This document shows positions 8,799-16,637 of a DNA stretch of 16,744 nt, one piece after another. The DNA is from Fidelibacterota bacterium (lineage in GTDB: Bacteria; Fidelibacterota; Marinisomatia; Marinisomatales; TCS55), in the NCBI GenBank assembly GCA_046861385.1, contig JBHHTW010000041.1, positions 1-16,744 on the forward strand, read 5' to 3'. Under the pieces are notes generated by a model. That model was not told where the DNA came from. It saw only the letters and a list, made by a program, of their open reading frames with translations, and made no database searches. Positions within the stretch are counted from its first letter, which is position 1. Each line of letters begins with the position of its first letter. Made by a program: the position numbers and the translations under genes.

Positions 8799-9871
8799 CG
8801 TCTGTTTTCCGCTAATACCTGTTGCGCGAGGTTTGCACGTGGATGGTTTGAATGGGCGATTTCATGTAAAAACGTCTGACCCCCTGCTGACATGAGTCCC
8901 TCTACTGCTTGGATGGCCACCCAGGGAATCGGGTCATCTAATCCGGGTTTGATGAGTTCCAAATCATTTTCCTCGCCAATAACACCCAACGCTTTTAAGG
9001 CGCAGGCCCGTACCACAAAATCCGGACTAGTAATTAGATTTCGAATTGCGGGCAAATGTTTTTCCTGTCCTACTTGGGCCAATAGTTTCAGCGATGCAGC
9101 CAGTAAGTCGCGATCTGATTCCTTTGTAATAACATCAGCTGCAATATCAGCCGAAAGAAGATCATTGAGGTTACGAAGAGCTTGTGCAGCAGTGGCACGA
9201 CTAATAGGAGTAGCTTTAGAATCAGAAAAGGTTTTACGGAAAGCCGGGGTTCCGTTAGGCCCGATGGATTTTAACAGAGATGTTAAAAAGTTTTTGCTCC
9301 AGTTTTCAAAACGATGAAGATGGCTCATGATATGGGGCGCGTATTCAGGAGAATCCTGACTTGCCAATGCGCGTATAGCAACCATGGCAACCAAAGGAGA
9401 TGGATCATCTAAACTTGCCACGATTTGCTTATCGTACTCTTTCAACCCCAAAGAACTCAAAGTTAACACCGCCCGAGCCCGCCGTTCGATATCATTTTCA
9501 TGGAGACGGTCAGCAATGGGTTTTAAAAATGGTTTTGCTAATTTTATTAAATGATTCTGCTCCATCCCCTTCAAACGCTGGGAAAATCGCAAGAGAAAAT
9601 CAATAAAATACAATGACTCATTTTTTCCCACCTCTTCCCATAGAGCTTCATGTGTCTCCTCTTCTGATAGAATCATCAGTAAATGCTCTTCCCATTTTTG
9701 TTCCAACCCCTGCCAAATTTTCGATTTTCTATCGTTTGATATTCGAAGATAAATGGTGGCAATTGCGAAGAAAATAGCCATGATAAAAAATATACAGATA
9801 AATACAATTAATAGAGTCAGTATTCCCTCATGCAACAAGCTATCAGCCATAGGAAAGGAAGGAAGTTTCAA
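8795..9871 (-). CDS. Single-pass membrane protein with HEAT/PBS-lyase-like repeats
   Basis: One N-terminal TM (ILTLLIVFICIFFIMAIFFAIATIYL) is followed by basic residues. Repeats: ERRARAVLTLSSLG, LDDPSPLVAMVAIRALA, SPDFVVRACALKALGVIG, LDDPIPWVAIQAVEGL. TTG start with AAGGAA upstream (ATG 9850 is an alternative). The stop overlaps the GT2 start (ATGA). Confidence 0.88.
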   Translation of the reverse strand: MKLPSFPMADSLLHEGILTLLIVFICIFFIMAIFFAIATIYLRISNDRKSKIWQGLEQKWEEHLLMILSEEETHEALWEEVGKNESLYFIDFLLRFSQRLKGMEQNHLIKLAKPFLKPIADRLHENDIERRARAVLTLSSLGLKEYDKQIVASLDDPSPLVAMVAIRALASQDSPEYAPHIMSHLHRFENWSKNFLTSLLKSIGPNGTPAFRKTFSDSKATPISRATAAQALRNLNDLLSADIAADVITKESDRDLLAASLKLLAQVGQEKHLPAIRNLITSPDFVVRACALKALGVIGEENDLELIKPGLDDPIPWVAIQAVEGLMSAGGQTFLHEIAHSNHPRANLAQQVLAENRR

Positions 9872-9874
9872 TGA

Positions 9875-10234
9875 TTATTCCTTCAATAATGCTTGTACAG
9901 TATTTGCAAATATGGTTGGATCAAATGGTTTTTCTATGATCCCTTTTGCTCCTGAAGATTTTAGTTTGTTTAATGTGTCTGAATCCGATTTACCGGTTAA
10001 ATAAATAAATGGAACAGGTGGAGAAACGGTCTCTTTGATCTGATTCATGAGAGATAATCCATCCATATCAGGCATCAAGTAATCCACGAGGATAGCATCA
10101 GGTACAGATGTCTGAAGCAGTTTGATCGCTTCCAGTCCGCTGGCTGCCTTAATCACTTCAAATCCCGCCTCCATGAGAGAAAAAGAAATGATGAAGCGCA
10201 TATCCTCTTCGTCATCAATGATGAGTATTTTCAT
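9875..10234 (-). CDS. Single-domain response regulator (CheY-like receiver)
   Basis: Motifs IIDDEED, ILVDYLMPDMDG, YLTGK and IEKPFD. It overlaps the 3' end of the DGC by 20 nt. Confidence 0.93.
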   Translation of the reverse strand: MKILIIDDEEDMRFIISFSLMEAGFEVIKAASGLEAIKLLQTSVPDAILVDYLMPDMDGLSLMNQIKETVSPPVPFIYLTGKSDSDTLNKLKSSGAKGIIEKPFDPTIFANTVQALLKE

Positions 10235-11792
10235 AATTCCTGATTAATCGCCTGACTCGTGCCAATAATTCATTAGGAGAAAATGGTTTAATAATATAAT
10301 CGTCTGCCCCCAATTCCAGGGCTCGAATCGTATCCTGTTCTTTGCCCATTCCCGTCAACATAACAATGGGGATATTTGCATAATCTGGGAGTTGGCGTAA
10401 ATGACTTAATAAGTCCAAGCCGTCCATTCCGGGCATTTTCACATCCAAAATCACAACAGTGGCAGATTCATTCTGAGCAGCTTTGAACGCATTCGCACCA
10501 TTATTAAAGTGCTTCACTTTAAACCCCTGGCGACCGAGACGATGTTTGACCACGGCAGCAACAATTTCGTCATCCTCAGCAAACAATATGGTTTTTTCTA
10601 TCTTAAGGTCTCCGGAGTCGGACATACACACCTTTGCTTTTCCCGTACTTTTTGCAATATACAGAAATCGATCTGCTTCTGCTATGACGTCTTCGACCTT
10701 TCCATCAACAGGGACCTTGGCAATTCCGGCGGAAAATGTAATAGAAAATTTGGTTCCATTGGGTGAAATAAATACTTCTTTTTTCAATTCTTCCAATGCT
10801 TTTTCCAATGCTTTGGCACCTCCTGTCAAATCTGTATTTGGCATCAGCACAACAAATTCTTCCCCACCCCAGCGGGCCAAAAAATCTGATTTACGCAATG
10901 CGCTGGAAATAATGGCAGACATTCGACGAAGGACTTCATCCCCCATCGCATGGCCGTGGACATCGTTTACTGATTTGAAATTATCAATATCCAGTATTGC
11001 AGCTAAGAGAGGCTCATCCTGTCGCATCGCATAAGAATGGGCACGCTTAAAGTTTTCAGAAAAGGCGGCTCGATTGGGTAGTTTAGTTAACCAATCCTGG
11101 CGTGCTGCTTTTAACAATTGTTTTGATCTCTGGATATTGGAAGCCACTGCAGCTGAAAACGAATCCGGATCGAACGGTTTCTCAAAAAAGCCGTTAGCAC
11201 CTAAGGCATAACATTCCGCTTTGGTTGTTGGATGATTTTTCCCCGATAAAACCACAACAGGTATGCCAGCTGTATCGGGGTTTTCCCTCATATGCATCAA
11301 AAAACTTCTTCCATCTCCGTCAGGTAAAATTAAATCCAAAACCACCAGTGACGGCAGGGTGGTTTTGAGATGTTCTTTTGCAGCCTTCAACGTACCTGCT
11401 GTAATAATTTCCCGAGTGGGATCGGCCAATTTAATTGATAGTAAATGGATAATATCCGGATCATCGTCAATAATAAGAATGATGGCTGTTTTCTGGCCCT
11501 CTTTTGGAGCAACTGTTTGTTGAAGTATTGCTAACAGAGGGTCCAAAGTAGAAAGTATACTTTTTTCATCCGCTTCTTCAACTAACTCGGCTTTCTCAGA
11601 AATTTCAGGAAACCCAAACGTGCCCCCAGAACCCTTAATAGAATGGGCAATCCTGCGAATGGTATCTACAGCATCCTGTTTGCTTCCTTCATCTAAAAGA
11701 GAATTTTTCGCCGCGTTTAATGCATCAATACGCGCTACAAGACTTTCTCTGTACCAATCTTCTAATTCACTCATGAAATATGGTTTTCTCAC
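10215..11792 (-). CDS. Diguanylate cyclase response regulator, Hpt-REC-GGDEF-REC
   Basis: Hpt RRIAHSIKGSGGTFGF. REC1 IIDDD / VVLDLILPDGDG / EKPF. GGDEF DWLTKLPNR, DIDNFKSVNDVHGHAMGDEVL, RKSDFLARWGGEEF. REC2 FAEDD / VILDVKMPGMDG / IKPF. The start may be ATG 11774 rather than GTG 11792. Confidence 0.93.
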   Translation of the reverse strand: MRKPYFMSELEDWYRESLVARIDALNAAKNSLLDEGSKQDAVDTIRRIAHSIKGSGGTFGFPEISEKAELVEEADEKSILSTLDPLLAILQQTVAPKEGQKTAIILIIDDDPDIIHLLSIKLADPTREIITAGTLKAAKEHLKTTLPSLVVLDLILPDGDGRSFLMHMRENPDTAGIPVVVLSGKNHPTTKAECYALGANGFFEKPFDPDSFSAAVASNIQRSKQLLKAARQDWLTKLPNRAAFSENFKRAHSYAMRQDEPLLAAILDIDNFKSVNDVHGHAMGDEVLRRMSAIISSALRKSDFLARWGGEEFVVLMPNTDLTGGAKALEKALEELKKEVFISPNGTKFSITFSAGIAKVPVDGKVEDVIAEADRFLYIAKSTGKAKVCMSDSGDLKIEKTILFAEDDEIVAAVVKHRLGRQGFKVKHFNNGANAFKAAQNESATVVILDVKMPGMDGLDLLSHLRQLPDYANIPIVMLTGMGKEQDTIRALELGADDYIIKPFSPNELLARVRRLIRNYENTHH

Positions 11793-11816
11793 ATATTGTT
11801 AAATCAAGCATGGCCA

Positions 11817-14800
11817 TCATGAAGTTTCCTTTTTATTTATAATACAACGCATCAAGGCCCACATCAATGATTTTCGATGTACGGGTTGGTCAACAAATTC
11901 GTTTGCACCTGACAGTAACTTGCTAAGTTCTGTTGCTTTTGAGCTAACAATAATAATGGGGACACTTTGTGTCGTTTTTTCTTCCTTCAATTCCGCAATT
12001 TGTTTCTGTGTAATTGAAATTTCGTGTGCAGCTAATATAATTATTTGGGGTTTTACCTTTTTTATCACGCTCTTCCTCAGGGATTGACCGGATGATACTT
12101 TACATTCCAAAGAAAGCAATAATTCCTTTAAAAGTGCCCGTGAATCAGATTGAGAATCAATAATGTAGGTAATTGTCCCTTTTATTTTTTTGATTATTTC
12201 GTCCTGCGAATTGTTTTTTTCTCTTGGGATTTTTCTTTGTTTCCGCATTGGAGAAATCAAGGAGGAATCTTCTCCGTTACCTTGAATGACTATAGTAAAT
12301 GTACTTCCCTTGGCTTCCTCACTGTGCACTGTTAAGTCGTACCCCATCATTTTACACATTGACTTGGATATAGCGAGTCCTAAACCAGTCCCTTGGTATT
12401 TCCGGTTGGATTCGGATTCAACCTGTTGGAACGTGTCAAAAATAGTGCTTTGTTTATCTACAGGAATACCAATCCCAGTGTCTGTAACTCGTATTTTACT
12501 AACAGTATGGTTATCAGTTTCGGTTTCTACAGCGACGGTGACACGACCTTCATCTGTAAATTTTATAGCATTTCCCACCAAATTGATTAATACTTGTTTG
12601 AGTTTTCCAGCATCGGTCATCAATGGGCTAAGTTTCTCAGGAATCTCTTTAAGTATTTGGATATTAGTATTAACAACCTGGCCACTTAACTGGGTGATTA
12701 TTTCCGTGACTAATGAATTCAGGTCCACTTCCGTCTTAACCACTTCTGTCCGTCCTGCCTCAATCTTCGATAAATCCAGAATATCATTGATTAATAAAAG
12801 TAGGTGTTTCCCGTTGACGGCAACTCGTTCTAAAAAGGTTTTTGACTTTTTTGATGAAATGTCCTCTCCCCTTTTAAGGAGAATATTTGTAAACCCTATG
12901 ATTGAATTTAATGGAGTACGCAGTTCGTGACTCATATTTGCTAAGAATCGACTTTTTGCTTTGGATGCTTCCAGCGCGGCTTGTTGTGATTTTTTTATTT
13001 CCATCTCTATCCGTTTCCGATCAATAATACTCGCGAGAGTATTTGCTACTATCTTTAGAAACTCAACTTCTTGATCCCGGTACTGGTGACCATCATTTAA
13101 ATATAGAACAATAACCCCAACAACTTGGCCATGAGATTTAATGGGTATATTATAATGACCGTGGGGCAAAATACCATCATACTGGTTATCATGACGTTCA
13201 TCGACATGTTGGGCAAATTCAATTTCACCACTCTTGGCAGCTCGACCGCATAGGCAATGTCCGAATGCCACATTTGAACAGACGGTTATTAATGATTCAT
13301 GTAATCCAAAATGTACTTTGAGACTCAGTGTGTTCGAACCGTCCTCTACGAGAAAAATGCCCCCTTTCGGCATGGTTGTTATAAACGGGACAGAAATAAT
13401 GATATCCAATGCACGGGATAAGATCTCATCCAGAGAAATTTCTTCAAGGGAAATGGTCAGGAGAGAATTCAAGACATCCTGAAGCTGGTAGCTATGATTT
13501 ATTTCTTGTTGTGTTCTTTTCCGTTCTATTGCCAACGCTACAAAAGACGAAACAAATGTTAATAGACGACGGTCATCTTCACTATACTTAACATTTGGAT
13601 CATATATCTGAATTGCCATAACGCCGATAGTTTTTTCCTCAACAATCAGGGGGGCTCCTAGCCAATTATTTGTTGAAGTACCTCGTGATACGATAGCCCC
13701 TTTTTTCACTAATGAGTTAAAAACCGCCGGAGTGGCCAAAAGGGATTCTCCTGTTTTCAGGACGTAATCAGTCAGACCTTTATTTAATTTCCTGGGGGAT
13801 GGAGGGGAATCAAACTCATCAACAAAATAGGGAAAGTGTATAGTCTCTGTTGATTCATCATACAGAGAAATGTACAGATTCGGTGCAGGCATCATATCGT
13901 TTACAATTTTATGAATAGAGGTATAAAGTTCATCAAGGTTTTTTGTCTTGATGGTTGCCTCAGATAGGTTATGGTTAAAATTCTGGAACTTTTCTGCTTC
14001 TTTTCGGTCGGTAATATCCCGAATGATTATCGTAATCTCATCTTCACTGCTCTTTGTTAACCGAGCTTCAAAACAATGAATTTTTTCATTTACAGGGAAA
14101 TTGTACTCGAATAATTGCAACTTTTCAGATGTCATTGCTTTATTCATATGTTTTAGTGTTTTTTCCGCTAACCATTTTGGAAGAACTGCTTTTATGTGTT
14201 GGTTCATGAAATTTTCGGGTGCGACTAAGAGGTTCTCTTCCTCAACTGCATGATAATCCAAAATGATTCCATCAACACGAATTCGAAACATTAAGTCTGG
14301 TTGGGCATTGAGCAGAGCAGTATTGCGCGCCTCACTGGACTCAAGGGCGTCTAAGGTTGCTTTTCTCTCAGTAATATCCTCTTTAATACCAATAAAATGG
14401 GTGATTTCACCATCCTCGTTTCGAAGGGCTGATATGGATGCAAATTCCCAGAATAACTCTCCATTTTTTTTACGATTGTGAAATTCTCCTGCCCATTCTT
14501 TTCCAGCAGTAATTGTATCCCACAGGTTTTTATATTCACTTGAGGGCGTTTCTCCTGATTTTAATATTCTTGGATTTTTTCCGATAACTTCTTGGGGCTG
14601 GTAGCCCGTCACTTTTACAAATTTTGGATTAACATACTCAATATGTCCTTCTACGTTGGTTATCACTACAGATACGGGACTTTGCTCCATAGCTCTGGAT
14701 AGTTTTCGAATTTCCTCTTTTGCTTTTTTTTCAGCGCTCAAATCTCGAACAATACCAGAAAATATTCGACGATCATTCAGTGTCACTTCGCTAATACCGA

Positions 14801-15329
14801 TGGAAATGGGAATGATTACACCGTCTTTCCTCAGGCCTGACACTTCACGCCCGGTTCCGATAATCCGTTTGATACCTGTTTCCAGGTATGATTGGAGATA
14901 TTGGTCATGCTCATCCGAGTATGGTGAAGGCATCAGTTTATTTATTTTTTGACCAATGATTTCATCACCGGAATAACCAAAAATTGCCTCGGCTGCTGAA
15001 TTGAATGATTTTATTACACCACTTTCCTCGATGGTGATAATACCGTCAATCGTATTTTCAATCACATCAAAGGCACGGAGGCGTTCCTCCATGGCGTTGC
15101 TGCGTATTGGCCGGATAATATATAACCAGAGTAAGGGGGCTAATAATATTGTAAGAAGAGTTGCATCGAGTAGACCAACAAATAAATTTACTTCACTGAC
15201 GATGAAAAACATGATGGATTCCTCAATGATAAATATCAATCCCAGTAAATTGAGAAATAAACGGATAGGGGAATTGAGAAATAATTCAGCGATGTTAGTA
15301 TTTTTTATATTAAAAATTGTTTTAATCAT
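11817..15329 (-). CDS. Multi-sensor hybrid-type histidine kinase (2TM-PAS-PAS-PAS-GAF-GAF-HisKA-HATPase-degenerate REC)
   Basis: Two N-terminal TM helices are followed by three PAS domains (ending VRDLS, KEDIT and IRDIT) and two GAF domains (WLGAPLIVEEKTIGVM; HYNIPIKSHGQVVGVI). H-box FLANMSHELRTPL, NLVGNAIKFT, DTGIGI and GTGLGL are present. The C-terminal receiver-like domain lacks the Asp and Lys. Confidence 0.93.
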   Translation of the reverse strand: MIKTIFNIKNTNIAELFLNSPIRLFLNLLGLIFIIEESIMFFIVSEVNLFVGLLDATLLTILLAPLLWLYIIRPIRSNAMEERLRAFDVIENTIDGIITIEESGVIKSFNSAAEAIFGYSGDEIIGQKINKLMPSPYSDEHDQYLQSYLETGIKRIIGTGREVSGLRKDGVIIPISIGISEVTLNDRRIFSGIVRDLSAEKKAKEEIRKLSRAMEQSPVSVVITNVEGHIEYVNPKFVKVTGYQPQEVIGKNPRILKSGETPSSEYKNLWDTITAGKEWAGEFHNRKKNGELFWEFASISALRNEDGEITHFIGIKEDITERKATLDALESSEARNTALLNAQPDLMFRIRVDGIILDYHAVEEENLLVAPENFMNQHIKAVLPKWLAEKTLKHMNKAMTSEKLQLFEYNFPVNEKIHCFEARLTKSSEDEITIIIRDITDRKEAEKFQNFNHNLSEATIKTKNLDELYTSIHKIVNDMMPAPNLYISLYDESTETIHFPYFVDEFDSPPSPRKLNKGLTDYVLKTGESLLATPAVFNSLVKKGAIVSRGTSTNNWLGAPLIVEEKTIGVMAIQIYDPNVKYSEDDRRLLTFVSSFVALAIERKRTQQEINHSYQLQDVLNSLLTISLEEISLDEILSRALDIIISVPFITTMPKGGIFLVEDGSNTLSLKVHFGLHESLITVCSNVAFGHCLCGRAAKSGEIEFAQHVDERHDNQYDGILPHGHYNIPIKSHGQVVGVIVLYLNDGHQYRDQEVEFLKIVANTLASIIDRKRIEMEIKKSQQAALEASKAKSRFLANMSHELRTPLNSIIGFTNILLKRGEDISSKKSKTFLERVAVNGKHLLLLINDILDLSKIEAGRTEVVKTEVDLNSLVTEIITQLSGQVVNTNIQILKEIPEKLSPLMTDAGKLKQVLINLVGNAIKFTDEGRVTVAVETETDNHTVSKIRVTDTGIGIPVDKQSTIFDTFQQVESESNRKYQGTGLGLAISKSMCKMMGYDLTVHSEEAKGSTFTIVIQGNGEDSSLISPMRKQRKIPREKNNSQDEIIKKIKGTITYIIDSQSDSRALLKELLLSLECKVSSGQSLRKSVIKKVKPQIIILAAHEISITQKQIAELKEEKTTQSVPIIIVSSKATELSKLLSGANEFVDQPVHRKSLMWALMRCIINKKETS

Positions 15330-15696
15330 TTTTATTAAGTTGTTCCTTAATGGCTTGGTACATTAATTCTTCATCCACAATTGGTTTGGTTAAATATCCA
15401 TCAAATCCAATTGCCAAAAACTTTTGACGATCACCTACCATGGCGTGGGCGGTGAGAGCAATGACGGGTAAATGCTTTAGTGTTTTATCTTCGCGGATAA
15501 TTTTTAATATTTCAATACCGTCCATGCCCGGTAGAGAGATATCTAGTAAGACCAGATCCGGAGGACTCATTCGCATACCTTCTAATGCATCAAACCCATT
15601 TTCAAATTTATTTAATTCATACAAATCCTCCAAGAGAACCTCTGCGAGTAACATATTATCTGGATTATCTTCTACTATTGCTATTTTTTTCTTCAT
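15322..15696 (-). CDS. Single-domain response regulator (DivK-like receiver)
   Basis: Motifs IVEDNPDN, VLLDISLPGMDG, IALTAHAM and YLTKPI. It overlaps both neighbouring genes. Confidence 0.93.
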   Translation of the reverse strand: MKKKIAIVEDNPDNMLLAEVLLEDLYELNKFENGFDALEGMRMSPPDLVLLDISLPGMDGIEILKIIREDKTLKHLPVIALTAHAMVGDRQKFLAIGFDGYLTKPIVDEELMYQAIKEQLNKND

Positions 15697-16076
15697 ATGT
15701 ATTCAGACTTTTTATTAATTAGTAGTTTCAGCACTTTCGAACTTTCAGCTATGATTAATTCAATTAATTGATCAAGTGATGGTTTACTTTTCTCTTGAGC
15801 TAATACTTCAATTTCATTTGCGGTTTGCTGAAGCTTTCTGGCTCCCAAGTTCCCAGCGCTGGATTTCAATGAATGTGCTGCCATTTCAAGTGATTTATAA
15901 TCACTGTCCCGGACAGCCTGTTCCATTATGTTAATTTTCTGTGGAATGTTTTCTAAGAAAAGGTTTATCATTTTCACGACCAAAACATTACCACCCATTT
16001 TCTTCAAGCGTGCGATAGCGGTTAGATCAATCGAAGAAATTTTCGCACTTTGATTTTGATGAGAAGTCATAGCCAA
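15693..16076 (-). CDS. Stand-alone Hpt (histidine phosphotransfer) protein
   Basis: AAHSLKSSAGNLGA matches the Hpt His motif in an all-helical protein of about 125 aa. The start is TTG 16076 or, more likely, ATG 16070. Confidence 0.9.
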   Translation of the reverse strand: MAMTSHQNQSAKISSIDLTAIARLKKMGGNVLVVKMINLFLENIPQKINIMEQAVRDSDYKSLEMAAHSLKSSAGNLGARKLQQTANEIEVLAQEKSKPSLDQLIELIIAESSKVLKLLINKKSEYI

Positions 16077-16202
16077 TTGATAATTGTTTTTTGATGCATA
16101 TTTAATCTCGCTATGACGATAACTTAATGTGCTGATTTATTCATTGTTTAATAAAATCCTAAACTATACAAGCTACCTGATTGTACTGCTTTCTCTTTCT
16201 TA

Positions 16203-16355
16203 ATGTCCAGCATTTTATCTGTCTTGAATGTGTTCGATCCAGTTAAAGTAAAAATATATCAAAATAAGGAAGAAATAGGTCAAGCTGAATTAGCCAGGCA
16301 TCTGGGAGTTAGTAGGGCTTGGGTGACGAAAGTACTAAAAAGGGGCAGTGATTAA
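16203..16355 (+). CDS. Small helix-turn-helix protein (50 aa) or HTH gene remnant
   Basis: Manual translation: MSSILSVLNVFDPVKVKIYQNKEEIGQAELARHLGVSRAWVTKVLKRGSD*. QAELARHLGVSRAWVTKVL is a typical HTH. It is shorter than any ORF in the supplied track and has no clear RBS. Confidence 0.55.
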   Translation: MSSILSVLNVFDPVKVKIYQNKEEIGQAELARHLGVSRAWVTKVLKRGSD

Positions 16356-16356
16356 A

Positions 16357-16440
16357 CCGCCCGATATTAGCCCGATCGAGGATCTATTGAACAGTAATCA
16401 TGCCATATCCCTGCTCTGCAATGAGAGCCATCATTGCTCT
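16357..16440 (-). pseudogene. TetR/AcrR-family regulator N-terminal remnant
   Basis: The minus frame reads RAMMALIAEQGYGMITVQ*ILDRANIGR, with an in-frame TAG at 16386-16384. This matches the TetR HTH pattern (LIxExGYxxITVQxIxDRAxIGRxTFY) and is truncated before the xTFY. Confidence 0.7.
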
Positions 16441-16534
16441 GGAGGTCGCCCTGCGTCCCGAAAAACGAGACTTCGGGTGGTAAAGTCCACATACATCTTG
16501 ATAAAATCAGAACGTTGGAGGATAAACCTCTTTA

Positions 16535-16600
16535 ATTTACCCATATAGCAAAAAAGTCTCCCCGCCTTTTGGCGGAAAAACTTTTTTGCTCCGGAGGAGG
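16535..16600. repeat. Copy 2 of a 66-bp imperfect direct repeat (tRNA-Asn 3' end plus terminator; att-like)
   Basis: Matches 16638-16703 at 54 of 66 positions without gaps (manual alignment), including GCTCCGGAGGAGG at 16588-16600, which is the tRNA 3' end. Confidence 0.88.
16548..16589 (-). terminator. Second intrinsic terminator-like hairpin
   Basis: GCAAAAAAGTCTCCCCGCC-TTTT-GGCGGAAAAACTTTTTTGC. The three apparent stem mismatches become G-U pairs on the minus-strand RNA. Confidence 0.65.
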
Positions 16601-16637
16601 CCCTCCTACACTCCGTTTCGGCGGGTAGAGACTCCGT

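Noticed and set aside
1299-15718. Many short ORFs nested in or antisense to the large genes (e.g. 10483-11034, 12286-12930, 8892-9317, 7277-7507)
   Set aside because: They overlap genes with clear domain motifs and show no family features of their own, as expected for shadow ORFs.
16077-16202. Promoter or FNR-like box upstream of the operon
   Set aside because: I found no TTGAT-N4-ATCAA and no well-spaced -35/-10 pair; the partial matches are consistent with AT-rich background.
16348-16548. 66-aa plus-strand ORF in the track (MIKPPDISP...)
   Set aside because: It has no recognisable motif and is the antisense shadow of the TetR remnant, running into the repeat.
16601-16637. Imperfect hairpin in the spacer (CTAC..CCG-TTT-CGG..GTAG), possibly REP-like
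   Set aside because: It is a single copy with short stems and would need a genome-wide search to support.
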